Shown piece after piece: positions 1 to 8,973 of a stretch of DNA of 64,000 bases. Where the stretch lies: positions 12,074 to 76,073 of the IMG/VR virus record IMGVR_UViG_3300017759_003727. The stretch is one strand, 5' to 3'. The notes beneath the pieces are model-generated. The model did not search any database, had not been told where the DNA came from, and saw nothing but the letters and a program-made list of their open reading frames with translations. Position numbers and translations under genes: made by a program. Positions within the stretch are counted from its first letter, which is position 1. Every line of letters starts with the position of its first letter. This DNA is from a virus.

Positions 1-123
1 TCTGCGTTCTTTTGCAGCTTTAGCTTCTGACATGCCTTGAAAAGATCCACCAACAATTTTAAGCATACTGCCCATGCCAGTCGCCCCCAGTGTGGATAAT
101 AACATCGTGATAAGTCCAAACAT
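1..123 (-). CDS. Small membrane protein, possibly holin-like (partial, runs off the left edge)
   Basis: Manual translation MFGLITMLLSTLGATGMGSMLKIVGGSFQGMSEAKAAKERR...: hydrophobic N-terminus then charged segment; GTGTAA motif 8 nt upstream of the ATG. Confidence 0.55.
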   Translation of the reverse strand, partial: MFGLITMLLSTLGATGMGSMLKIVGGSFQGMSEAKAAKERR

Positions 124-168
124 AATTTCATTTACACTATAATAACTTAAGATAGAAATTTTTCAATT

Positions 169-762
169 TTATACAAAACTATATGGGTTTTCGCCCTTTA
201 AACTAGACAAATCCAGATTTATAGCATTTTGTAAATCTATTATGGTTTTATCCCAATTATCAAAATCCCCTAAATAGTCAAATTTATCGTGGTTAGGTTG
301 CAATTCCTCATACAATTCATAAAAATCACTTTGAAAAATATCTTTTATTTGTTTGTTTTCACATAAGTGAACGAATTCGTCTTTTGTAAACTTAGTTAAT
401 GGTTCATACGATTTATAAAGATGTCTGACGTATTCTGAATTTGGGTTAGTTTTTAGGTAATTAATAGACCCAAAGTATTTTACGGCACAATAAAACTCTT
501 CAAATAGTTTATTTTGAGGTATTTTTATACCAAACCAAAAATCTCCAACTTGTTTATTGACTTTATGTGTTTGAAAAATTCCATATAAAAAAGAACTTCT
601 TCTAAAAACCGAATTATTTTGCGATATTTTTAATGGATTATCCTTAATTCCTCTTTTAAGAGAAAAAACTTCATGTATATGACTTGAATCTTTGAATTGT
701 TTCTGTATTAAGTCTAAAATTTTAGGATATAACCTACAAGGAGTCGCTTGGAATATTATCAT
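169..762 (-). CDS. Hypothetical protein
   Basis: 197-aa ORF co-directional with and overlapping the upstream gene; no motif recognised. Confidence 0.6.
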   Translation of the reverse strand: MIIFQATPCRLYPKILDLIQKQFKDSSHIHEVFSLKRGIKDNPLKISQNNSVFRRSSFLYGIFQTHKVNKQVGDFWFGIKIPQNKLFEEFYCAVKYFGSINYLKTNPNSEYVRHLYKSYEPLTKFTKDEFVHLCENKQIKDIFQSDFYELYEELQPNHDKFDYLGDFDNWDKTIIDLQNAINLDLSSLKGENPYSFV

Positions 763-1012
763 CTCTACTTATTTTCGGCTCAAATTGAAAAGCGATCCTG
801 CCAAAATTCTTATCTTTGTCCCCTATCCAAGCAGAGAACTCTATAAAATCGTCTCCCACTATAAAATCCAATATTTCAAGAAAAAAAGTTTCGTTCTGAA
901 ACTCTAATACATAGTTTTTATGGTATTTATAAGTTAAGACAGCTTCTCCATTAGCATCTTTTAGTCTATCGACTCCGTTATTTGTTCCTACTATTTTTAA
1001 ATTGCCCTTCAT
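734..1012 (-). CDS. Hypothetical protein (late-promoter class)
   Basis: 92-aa ORF; GTGTAA 8 nt upstream of the ATG. Confidence 0.65.
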   Translation of the reverse strand: MKGNLKIVGTNNGVDRLKDANGEAVLTYKYHKNYVLEFQNETFFLEILDFIVGDDFIEFSAWIGDKDKNFGRIAFQFEPKISRDDNIPSDSL

Positions 1013-1020
1013 AATTTAAT

Positions 1021-1593
1021 TTACACATATTTATATACAGCCCAACATTCCTTTTTTGATTGTGATTGAAAATATTTAGGAGTAGCAATAAATTTTTCTG
1101 ATACTAATCTATTTAAATGTTTCATTATGTTTTGTTGATATCCAAAATGATGACCACAATCATCAAGCATAACTATAGTATCTCTGTGGGATAAGCCTCT
1201 ACAATTAATCATATCATGATATGGCACATCTCCTAAATGACCACCATCAATAAAGATAAAATCATACGGAGCACTACTCATTGAGAATAAAACTTTTTTA
1301 GAGTCTCCAATAATAATTTTAAATCTATTTGGGTATTTGTTTTTTACAAAGTCGTAACAAGTAGTAACATAATGATGTTCTCCTATATCCACTGATGTGA
1401 CTTTGATGTCATCTCTTAAAGAAAGCATAAAATCAGAAGAGTGACCCGCGTTAAACCCTACCTCTAAAACATTTTTAATTGTTGGATCATTTTTAAATAA
1501 TTTTTTTAAAAAAGGTTTTTGGCCATTTATTCGACCCTCTTTTAATTGAATATTATTTCGAGATAAAAATAAGTTTAATGAGTTTTCTTCCAT
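1021..1593 (-). CDS. Class I SAM-dependent methyltransferase (Methyltransf_24-like)
   Basis: VLEVGFNAGHSS motif I, SVDIGEH, YDFIFIDGGH, VMLDD. Confidence 0.85.
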   Translation of the reverse strand: MEENSLNLFLSRNNIQLKEGRINGQKPFLKKLFKNDPTIKNVLEVGFNAGHSSDFMLSLRDDIKVTSVDIGEHHYVTTCYDFVKNKYPNRFKIIIGDSKKVLFSMSSAPYDFIFIDGGHLGDVPYHDMINCRGLSHRDTIVMLDDCGHHFGYQQNIMKHLNRLVSEKFIATPKYFQSQSKKECWAVYKYV

Positions 1594-2066
1594 ATTTGGT
1601 GGGGCAAATTTTCTATGTCGCTCATTTTTATGATAGAAATTAAATCTTTACGACCTTCTCTTTGATAACCTTTGTATAAAGCATCTCTGCTGTTTGTTAC
1701 TTTTTTGTTTAAATCACAAAGAGATTGAGCTAAACCTAACAAATAATTACGTTTGACAAGCAGAAAATCAGAAGCCCTTTCGAATGCTATGATGTCTACA
1801 GCAGACCTAAGCCAACCATCACGACCTTGGACATTTAAAAACTCAACCCAAACTAATTCATTTTGTTCGTTAGAATCAGACCGATTAATTTTTTTCTTTG
1901 CCTTAACATCTATAGTACCAAAAGATGTGTGATAATCAATGTGACGAAATTGATCCTCTCTGTTGGCTTTGCGGAAATTGGGGTCTCTGCGTTTAAGAAG
2001 AGGTGCGAAATTCTTCTCAACGCGTTGACCACGATTCCAACTAGAAGTGTTTTTCCAATTACTCAT
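1575..2066 (-). CDS. PD-(D/E)XK-fold endonuclease (resolvase/restriction-like)
   Basis: GQRVEKNF...HIDY...TIDVKAKK pattern; start MSNWK at 2066 preferred because it overlaps the upstream stop. Confidence 0.6.
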   Translation of the reverse strand: MSNWKNTSSWNRGQRVEKNFAPLLKRRDPNFRKANREDQFRHIDYHTSFGTIDVKAKKKINRSDSNEQNELVWVEFLNVQGRDGWLRSAVDIIAFERASDFLLVKRNYLLGLAQSLCDLNKKVTNSRDALYKGYQREGRKDLISIIKMSDIENLPHQIWKKTH

Positions 2067-2376
2067 CTTTAACAAAAAGACCATCAATCATTTTACCTTT
2101 ACGCTCTTTGATTTCATCATAAGCGTCAGCTAAACAATCAACTGAATCTAGACCAACAGTTTTAGCTAACAATATAATTGTTACTAACATATCTCCGATA
2201 CCATCAGCAACCTCTAGGATTGTTTCTTCTCCTTGTTCGAGTCGCTTTAGGGCATCAAGCGTTTCGTCAAGCTCTTCTTGAGTCTTGCTTATTTGCTTAA
2301 TGGCATTTGAATTTTCAAGGATATTTCGATCCTTCGCCCATTCGATAACTTTTGTTTCCAGTTCTTCGTATTTCAT
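2059..2376 (-). CDS. mazG: MazG-like nucleotide pyrophosphohydrolase
   Basis: QISKTQEELDETLDA...VADGIGDMLVTIILLA (EExxE...DxxGD all-alpha NTP-PPase motif). Confidence 0.85.
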   Translation of the reverse strand: MKYEELETKVIEWAKDRNILENSNAIKQISKTQEELDETLDALKRLEQGEETILEVADGIGDMLVTIILLAKTVGLDSVDCLADAYDEIKERKGKMIDGLFVKDE

Positions 2377-2379
2377 AAA

Positions 2380-2541
2380 TTATTTTTTATTTTGTTGATT
2401 TTTCTTGATTGCTGTGTCAATTTTTTGTGTGACTTTGCGACCGACAGTTTCGTTATAAACCAATTCTCCATGAGAGCGTCCATAGATTTTACCTACTGCT
2501 CCTTTAGATTGCGTTCTACCTTTTAATATTTTCTTGCTCAT
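2380..2541 (-). CDS. Small basic hypothetical protein (53 aa, not in ORF track)
   Basis: Manual translation MSKKILKGRTQSKGAVGKIYGRSHGELVYNETVGRKVTQKIDTAIKKNQQNKK*; own TTGACT-16-TAGAGT promoter 7 nt upstream of the ATG. Confidence 0.7.
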   Translation of the reverse strand: MSKKILKGRTQSKGAVGKIYGRSHGELVYNETVGRKVTQKIDTAIKKNQQNKK

Positions 2542-2548
2542 ATAAAAC

Positions 2549-2576
2549 ACTCTAAGAGTAAATGATTAAAAGTCAA
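2549..2576 (-). promoter_or_regulatory. Sigma70-type promoter TTGACT-N16-TAGAGT
   Basis: -10 box ends 7 nt before ATG 2541. Confidence 0.6.
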
Positions 2577-2579
2577 GCG

Positions 2580-2762
2580 TTATTTTGAGAAAGTCTCATA
2601 AATAATAAATTCGGGTTGATTTTCTTTCTCTTTGAATTTATTAGGAAATACTGTGACTGGATATTGTTTGCCATCAATAGTCACATATCCAGCAAGATAT
2701 TTGCCGTTTTTGCCTTCTTTTTTCCAAAAAGCTCCTCTTTGTTTGTCTGTCCATTTACTCAT
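2580..2762 (-). CDS. DUF736-like small protein
   Basis: GAFWKKEGKNGKYLAGYV...VFPNKFKEKENQPEF resembles the DUF736 family. Confidence 0.6.
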   Translation of the reverse strand: MSKWTDKQRGAFWKKEGKNGKYLAGYVTIDGKQYPVTVFPNKFKEKENQPEFIIYETFSK

Positions 2763-2769
2763 TCTTTAC

Positions 2770-2798
2770 AGGTTAAAGCAAAAAACGAAAAATGTCAA
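2770..2798 (-). promoter_or_regulatory. Sigma70-type promoter TTGACA-N17-TAACCT
   Basis: -10 box ends 7 nt before ATG 2762. Confidence 0.7.
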
Positions 2799-3878
2799 CT
2801 ATAAATTTAAATAATTATAAGGAGTTACGCAAGAAACTGAACCATCGCCATTTTCTGGTTTATAAATCCAAGCAAAATAACCAGTAACACCATCAACAAC
2901 TCCAGAAACATTTGCATCTTCTAAAATAGTATATTCTTTGTTTCCATTTTCGTCTGTTTTTATGTTATAGTTATATCTTAAAGATACATCTTCCGCATCT
3001 CCAGTTCCATCAATAAATTCTACACCAGATATACCAAACATACAAAATTTAGAATTTCTTTGTTGCTCTATCTGTCTTGTTGTATGGTCATTAATTGGAT
3101 TTTCGTAGTTGTATGTATAGTGAGAAGCTTTAGAAATTTTAACTCTATCTGCGCCTGCCATATCTTGCATCGGTAAAAAGTAGGCAACATCACTTGCCGC
3201 CTTAATTAAAGCGCCAGTTGGATTATAAAAACTTTGTCCAGTATTAATATTGTCTGATAAAACTTTTTTAAAAGCTCTAAAATGATTTAGTGTCCAACCT
3301 TGGCATCTTATGTGCGTTGGAGTGTGTCCAGGATAAGTGACTCCATCGACAACAAAATCTGGAAAATCACTTTGTGTTAAGGGTTTGTTACTATAAAAGT
3401 CTCTTTCGCTTTCTTTGTCTGCTGATACCCATTTTTGAGTAGAGGCGTACATCAATTTATCTTGACCCATTTCTCTAGTAACCCAATTAGCTGTATTTGA
3501 ATCATGCAGAAAATCATCGCCATCAACAATTCCACAAATACTGCCTGTATTTGATACATATTTATCAACTGCTATTTTTTGGTTTAATGCCGCACAATCT
3601 ATTCTTGTAGCATTTTCAATATAAATAATATCTTTGCCATTGGCTTCACCAGTCCAAATATTTGAAGATCCAGATTGATTTATACTACCAGAAAAATTTG
3701 AAAAACCTGTTATTTGATCAAATAAAATACTTTTAGATTCGTCTGTGGATGCGTCATTTATAAAAATAACACCCAAATCTGAATGACCTTGTTTTAATGT
3801 GCCCTTAATGCTTTTAGCTATATAATCCTCTGAATTATAAAATGCTGTTAAAATTATAAATTTATTTTCTAGACTCAT
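2799..3878 (-). CDS. Family 2 glycosyltransferase co-transcribed with tail-fibre-like genes
   Basis: IILTAFYNSEDYI...VIFINDASTD...GIVDGDDFL (GT-A DxD); 4-nt overlap with upstream structural gene. Confidence 0.8.
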   Translation of the reverse strand: MSLENKFIILTAFYNSEDYIAKSIKGTLKQGHSDLGVIFINDASTDESKSILFDQITGFSNFSGSINQSGSSNIWTGEANGKDIIYIENATRIDCAALNQKIAVDKYVSNTGSICGIVDGDDFLHDSNTANWVTREMGQDKLMYASTQKWVSADKESERDFYSNKPLTQSDFPDFVVDGVTYPGHTPTHIRCQGWTLNHFRAFKKVLSDNINTGQSFYNPTGALIKAASDVAYFLPMQDMAGADRVKISKASHYTYNYENPINDHTTRQIEQQRNSKFCMFGISGVEFIDGTGDAEDVSLRYNYNIKTDENGNKEYTILEDANVSGVVDGVTGYFAWIYKPENGDGSVSCVTPYNYLNL

Positions 3879-5740
3879 ATGCTATAATATTCTCCCATAT
3901 CTCCAGTGTATCTTTTTTGTTCATCGGTTTCTTCACGCAATGAATTTAAAACAAAAAATTCTTGAATTCCTCCGTCCCAAGGTTCTGACATATCGCTCGC
4001 AGCGCCAAGGTTTGTTGGTGCTGAATCATTATTTGCGCCATTTAATGCAAGTGAGTTAGTAACATTGCTACTGCTGATAATTTGAAGTCCACTGCCCTTA
4101 GAGCCAATTTGTAATGCTGATTTAGTACCATATCTTGAATCGCTAGAACCCGCTGTTTTTGAATCATGGAACAGGATAACTTGAGGTAGTGCGCTATTGA
4201 AGCCTTCATGATCTTCGTATGTCCCTTCATTTAGCATCCCAGAGGTAAAGGTAATTGGATTTGGAGGACTTCCCTTAAAGCTCATTTGATATGAATTCAC
4301 TGCAGTTTGAACGCTAATTGCACCATGCACAACAAAAGGACCATTACCTTGACTAATACCACCTCCATGAGCCATAGCTGCTTTTTCCGTAGCGTTTTGG
4401 GGTTCATCTACAGAACAAACAATTCCCAATGTTTTGCCTTCTGAACTTGTATTACCAACACTTTGTAACATGCCAGCATTTCCGTCTTCTTTAAATTTCA
4501 TCGTTGGCAAACCATCAACAGTATGTAAAGTTCCTCCAGTTCCTAGAGTTGGAGCTTTACTAGGGCTTGGTTGCGTCCAAATGGCAGTAACGCTTGTGTC
4601 AAAATTAGAACTAACGCTTCCTCCTTCTTTAATAGACCAACTTGTGTGCCCAGTTGGCCTGTTGTCTTTTGCGTCTGCAAGAGTGTTAGAGTATCCGTAA
4701 ACTAGTGGAGTACTATCACTTAAAGCATTTTGTTGTAAGCTTTGTATTTGATGTAATGGATTTCTCTGACTACCTGCCATTCTAGTTGCATTTGTAAAAA
4801 CCCAGCGTACTCCATAAGGACTATTAGAACCAAAATCATGTGGAAATAAAGCACTATAAGAAAAACCTCCACCCGCTGTCAGAGCGTATACTGGATATTC
4901 CTGGTTGCCTATAGTCACACCACTAAATAAAGCCCAATCATGCAAACCTCCATCATCATCAGTCTTGGCAAATCCAGCATAAGTGTTCGCAGAAGATGAT
5001 GCATCTGAAAAGGATAATCCTATACGTTCGCCGCTAATTGCATTGTTTCCAAATTGAAAAGGTACAACTCCGTCAACAGTAGTGCCATTTGGATTTGAAG
5101 AATATCCTGGATTTCCAGTAAATATTGATGAATCGCCTTGGGAATACCATTTTGTCACCCTCAAATCATTACTGAATTTATTATCAGTTGCGTTGCTACC
5201 TTGATTACTTAAATCCGAAAATTCTCCTAAATTAGTAGCACTTAAAGTTTCGGTATTGGAATTAAATCCTGCAAAAAACTCAACAATTTCAGAATCAGAA
5301 GCTATTTGTCCAGCGCTATTGAATTTAATGTCAACTTCTCTTAAGTCAAATCTTCTTTGGACTCTTATGCCGAAACCAGTATAATCTGGATTTATTTTTC
5401 TTAGTCCAAATAATTTGTCTGTATTTGAGAAAAAATCAAATAAAGCTGGGTTATCTCCACGATCAAGAAATTTAGTAATGTTTAGTGGCAAAAATCCAGC
5501 ATCTACTTCATCTGTTTTAAAAACACCTGTAAATGACTCATTCCCTAGCCTATTACTTATTGTTTTATTGTATTGCTTTATAGCTTTTTCTATAGCATGT
5601 AAATTTTGAGAATTACCAGTTGCATAATCATCCTTTAAAAAAGCTATTTTATCTACAACATTATCTTCGCCTTTGCCTGTTAAAGATAAGGTGGATTGTC
5701 CTCTAATTTTTTTTTCTAATTCATGTGGGTTATCTGCCAT
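3875..5740 (-). CDS. Virion structural / tail fibre-like protein with lectin-like (ConA/AbfB-catalytic-like) domain
   Basis: LFGLRKINPDYTGFGIRVQRRFDLREVDIKF motif seen in phage fibre lectin-like domains; G/S/T/N-rich; GTGTAA 10 nt upstream. Confidence 0.65.
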   Translation of the reverse strand: MADNPHELEKKIRGQSTLSLTGKGEDNVVDKIAFLKDDYATGNSQNLHAIEKAIKQYNKTISNRLGNESFTGVFKTDEVDAGFLPLNITKFLDRGDNPALFDFFSNTDKLFGLRKINPDYTGFGIRVQRRFDLREVDIKFNSAGQIASDSEIVEFFAGFNSNTETLSATNLGEFSDLSNQGSNATDNKFSNDLRVTKWYSQGDSSIFTGNPGYSSNPNGTTVDGVVPFQFGNNAISGERIGLSFSDASSSANTYAGFAKTDDDGGLHDWALFSGVTIGNQEYPVYALTAGGGFSYSALFPHDFGSNSPYGVRWVFTNATRMAGSQRNPLHQIQSLQQNALSDSTPLVYGYSNTLADAKDNRPTGHTSWSIKEGGSVSSNFDTSVTAIWTQPSPSKAPTLGTGGTLHTVDGLPTMKFKEDGNAGMLQSVGNTSSEGKTLGIVCSVDEPQNATEKAAMAHGGGISQGNGPFVVHGAISVQTAVNSYQMSFKGSPPNPITFTSGMLNEGTYEDHEGFNSALPQVILFHDSKTAGSSDSRYGTKSALQIGSKGSGLQIISSSNVTNSLALNGANNDSAPTNLGAASDMSEPWDGGIQEFFVLNSLREETDEQKRYTGDMGEYYSI

Positions 5741-5762
5741 ATTGGTTTATTTACACTATTTA

Positions 5763-6533
5763 TTAGAATTCTATTATTTTAAAGAAGCAGGTAACATTGC
5801 CAGTTTCAACCTCGTGGGGATTTGCTGCTGAATATGTGGCTAAAGAAAAATGTTGTCCTGTGCCCCAAGTATTGTGAGCTGTGGTGCCAGTTGCTAAAAA
5901 AACTTGATTTCGACTAACACTACTGCCGTCTGTGAATTTACAACCAGTGATTTCACCATTTTTACTATTCCCAATTAAAAGCCCGCTCCAACTGAAGTCA
6001 CTATCGGAAGCGATAGTATCAAAGTGCATAGCGGCTCTTAAAAATTGAATCTTTTTAAAGGGCACAGCGGCGCCTTGAAAATCCTGTACAAATCTTTGCC
6101 CAAGATATTGCCAAGTGCTATATGCACCTGTATTCCCCGCCGCGTACGTCGCAGAATTGGGAGGAAGAAGCGTTAAATTCCCCGCATCGTTATTAGGGCT
6201 CATTGAACCAGTATGAAGAAATGAATACTGAAGATCTGGCACTCCAGTAGAAAAGTTAGAAGTGCCTGTGTATGAAGAAAGTGTCCCTGTGGCGGTTTCT
6301 AAAATTTGTGTTTTTACATCAAGAGAGCCTGTAGCAAGAGCTAATACTCCAGTAGCCGCTAATAACTCTCCTGTTCGAGTTTGAATTCCGCCAATATCAT
6401 AATTACCACTTATTGTGTCTTCTATACTTTTAAAGGTTATTTTTTTAGTTATAGAAGCGTCGACAGCTACAAACAGATCTGTTGCAACTGGATCAGTAAA
6501 CGCTGTCAATTCTGTAATTTTTACTTCTGCCAT
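5763..6533 (-). CDS. Tail fibre-like structural protein
   Basis: N-terminal MAEVKITELTAFTDPVATDLFVAVD...TKKITF typical of fibre anchor segments; T/S/G-rich; GTGTAA 8 nt upstream. Confidence 0.65.
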   Translation of the reverse strand: MAEVKITELTAFTDPVATDLFVAVDASITKKITFKSIEDTISGNYDIGGIQTRTGELLAATGVLALATGSLDVKTQILETATGTLSSYTGTSNFSTGVPDLQYSFLHTGSMSPNNDAGNLTLLPPNSATYAAGNTGAYSTWQYLGQRFVQDFQGAAVPFKKIQFLRAAMHFDTIASDSDFSWSGLLIGNSKNGEITGCKFTDGSSVSRNQVFLATGTTAHNTWGTGQHFSLATYSAANPHEVETGNVTCFFKIIEF

Positions 6534-6541
6534 AAATATTA

Positions 6542-7054
6542 TTACACTATTTTTATTAAATTAATTTTAAAAAACTCTAATTCTTCAGTATCCATTGATT
6601 CGTCTCTTTCCATTTCTGGAAAGGCTTTTTTTAATAAATTTTGATAAATTTTTGACCTGTGCCTTTTTTTTAAAACAGGCAAAATAAAAGTATTGACACC
6701 TTTTTTATTTAAATCTTTGAAAGCTTCTATCGAAAGCGCTCTAAAAACTTTTTTAGAGTATTTCCCATACATGTGATTCCAGGAAAAAATTTCACATTTA
6801 AATGTTTCGTCTTTTATTACTCCATAAATTAAACATACTAATCCACCGTTATTGTGCGCGCTTAATTGATAAAGGTTTGGATCAAAGCGAATAGCATCAA
6901 AACCATTCAAACAATACATTAATTCTTTGTCGTCCATTAATTTAGAAAAATTGATTTTTATGCAATTTTTTAAGCTTTGTTTATTATATGTCTTGGACAG
7001 CTGATATATTTGATTATCTACTTTTATTTTAGTGTAATACATATTATGGCTCAA
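6542..7054 (-). CDS. Hypothetical protein, possible GNAT-like fold (start uncertain: 7054, 7042 or 6937)
   Basis: GLVCLIYGVIKDETFKCEIFSW...AFKDLNKKGVNTFILP pattern; 5' end overlaps the divergent gpL promoter. Confidence 0.45.
   Translation of the reverse strand: MSHNMYYTKIKVDNQIYQLSKTYNKQSLKNCIKINFSKLMDDKELMYCLNGFDAIRFDPNLYQLSAHNNGGLVCLIYGVIKDETFKCEIFSWNHMYGKYSKKVFRALSIEAFKDLNKKGVNTFILPVLKKRHRSKIYQNLLKKAFPEMERDESMDTEELEFFKINLIKIV
7032..7038 (+). promoter_or_regulatory. Putative late promoter GTGTAAT driving the gpL-K-I-J operon
   Basis: GTGTAA 8 nt upstream of ATG 7046; same geometry at 7 other genes. Confidence 0.7.
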
Positions 7055-8032
7055 GGTTTGAACAGAAAAAATGTAGGATCTGTAATGGATTTAAATCCCG
7101 ATGATTTATTGGAATTTTATTTAATTTATTATAATTTTCCTAGAGACAATTTCAACTATTTAGCCATATGCCCATCATTTAACCGAACCGACTTGAGTAA
7201 GGGGACAACAGATGGGAACGCCATAACATCTGCGCCCCATGTTCAGCAACTAATATGGCAAAAACAACAATACATATCCGTGGCTATGGAGGGCAATGGT
7301 TTTACTGTACAGGGGGATGAAGAATTACCTAGGCCTAATATAAAATTATCTAATAAAGATTTCTTTATGTCCAAATATCTTGCTACCTATGGTGATATGG
7401 TAGGGGCCAAGATCGTAAGAAAGAGAGTTTTTTCTAAATTTTTGGATGATGTTAATTTTTTACCCCACGCAAATCCTTATGGAACAGCTGATGAAGATGC
7501 TGGTTTTCCAGATGAGGTTTACTATATAAATAGAAAATTAACAGAAAATAAATCCTTTATTGAATTTGAACTAGCGACATCTTTAGAGTTAGAAAATATA
7601 AAAATTCCAAATAGAGTGGGTTTGTGTAGATATTGTTATTGGAATTATAGAGGTTATGGGTGTCAGTATAAAGGAGAACCTAAAACAGACTCAACTGGAG
7701 GAGCTTTGAATCCAACAGGAAATAAAGATTTGTGGCAAGGTACTGGTGTCGCATACAACACTGGAGATTACGTATTTTTATCAAATGAAACATATTCCAT
7801 AAGAGATGAAGATGAAATAGATATAATTAACGGCCCATCTATACAGCCATTAAAAACTTATTATGTTTGCACCGATTACCACATATCAACAGAAAACGAT
7901 AGACCATCTGAATCTAGCAAATGGACAGAAGATGTTTGTCAAAAATCACTTAAAGGGTGTAACATAAGATACGGAAATGATTTGCCGTTTGGAGGATTCC
8001 CAGGAACTTATGAATACAATGCACAAATCTAA
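7046..8032 (+). CDS. Phage minor tail protein L (lambda gpL-like)
   Basis: LPRPNIKLSN...GAKIVRKRVFSKFLD...EVYYINRK...EFELAT...CYWNYRGYGCQYKG...CQKSLKGCNIRY...LPFGGFPG with Fe-S cysteines; start moved from 6977 to 7046 on promoter geometry. Confidence 0.92.
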   Translation: MAQGLNRKNVGSVMDLNPDDLLEFYLIYYNFPRDNFNYLAICPSFNRTDLSKGTTDGNAITSAPHVQQLIWQKQQYISVAMEGNGFTVQGDEELPRPNIKLSNKDFFMSKYLATYGDMVGAKIVRKRVFSKFLDDVNFLPHANPYGTADEDAGFPDEVYYINRKLTENKSFIEFELATSLELENIKIPNRVGLCRYCYWNYRGYGCQYKGEPKTDSTGGALNPTGNKDLWQGTGVAYNTGDYVFLSNETYSIRDEDEIDIINGPSIQPLKTYYVCTDYHISTENDRPSESSKWTEDVCQKSLKGCNIRYGNDLPFGGFPGTYEYNAQI

Positions 8033-8399
8033 ATTTTTAAAAAATTTAAAAAACTTTTCAGAATCCTCTCCAGTAAAAGAGGTTTGTGGATTTGTCGTAT
8101 ATGATGAAGAATTTGATATTTTGCAAAGTAAAAACTATTCTCCACTTCCAGAAATGTTTGAAATACACCCAGCAGATTTTTTAAAGATAAAAAAAACTGG
8201 CAAACTGGTTGCTATATTTCATACACATGTGAGTGGTGATGCCAAATTATCTGAATTTGATTTTAAAAACGCAAGACAAGCTAGAATTCCATATTTAATA
8301 TATTCATTAGACACAAATAAGTTTGAATTATTTTATGAATCTAATTTTGAAATAAAAGAAGATGTAATAGAAAAATTGAAAGGAATAATAAATGGTTAA
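8010..8399 (+). CDS. JAB/MPN metalloprotease-domain tail tip protein (gpK N-terminal-like, no NlpC/P60)
   Basis: KEVCGFVV...AIFHTHVSGDAKLSEFD (E, HxH, SxxD JAMM motif); lies between gpL and gpI. Confidence 0.85.
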   Translation: MNTMHKSKFLKNLKNFSESSPVKEVCGFVVYDEEFDILQSKNYSPLPEMFEIHPADFLKIKKTGKLVAIFHTHVSGDAKLSEFDFKNARQARIPYLIYSLDTNKFELFYESNFEIKEDVIEKLKGIING

Positions 8400-8973
8400 A
8401 GTTATTCTACACGGTGATCTGTGTGAAGATTTTGGTTACTCCGAACTTCAACTCAAGGTAAAAACAAAAAAAGAAGTAATGAAAGCTTTGTGCGCAAACT
8501 TTCCAGGTTTTAGAACTAAATTACAGAGAAAAGCTCAAGACGGTTTATTTTACAGGATGGTTGATGAAGAAGGAAATATTTGCGAAGAAATTAAAGACTA
8601 CGATACAAAGTGCCCCGAAGAAATTCATTTAGTACCAAGTATAATTGGTAGTGGGCCAGTTGGTTTGATTTTAGCGGGTGGTGGCCTAAGTTATTTTGGC
8701 GGTTATACCGCTCTTGCTGGAAGTTTTTTGGGTAAAATGTTATTCAACATTGGTGTGTCTTTATTGATTCAAGGTATACAGCTTTTGTTAGCTGGAGAAC
8801 AACAAGGTCCCACACAAGAAGTAGCCGTAGAAACACAGAGTTTTATATTTCAAAATACTAACAATACAGTGGTTCAAGGTTTTGGTATACCAATTATCTA
8901 TGGACAAATAAGACTTGGAAGCAAAGTGATTTCCACAAACCTAGAATCAGTAGACATAAGTGTAGAAGCATGA
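8392..8973 (+). CDS. Tail assembly protein I (lambda gpI-like)
   Basis: VILHGDLCEDFG...EVMKALCANFPGF...IHLVPSIIGSG, hydrophobic segment, QGFGIPIIYGQIRLGSKVIS. Confidence 0.9.
   Translation: MVKVILHGDLCEDFGYSELQLKVKTKKEVMKALCANFPGFRTKLQRKAQDGLFYRMVDEEGNICEEIKDYDTKCPEEIHLVPSIIGSGPVGLILAGGGLSYFGGYTALAGSFLGKMLFNIGVSLLIQGIQLLLAGEQQGPTQEVAVETQSFIFQNTNNTVVQGFGIPIIYGQIRLGSKVISTNLESVDISVEA

Noticed and set aside
6977-7045. Longer gpL start at 6977 (and similarly 21127, 34019, 35480, 39890, 44056)
   Set aside because: Internal ATGs fit promoter spacing, SD or stop-start overlaps better
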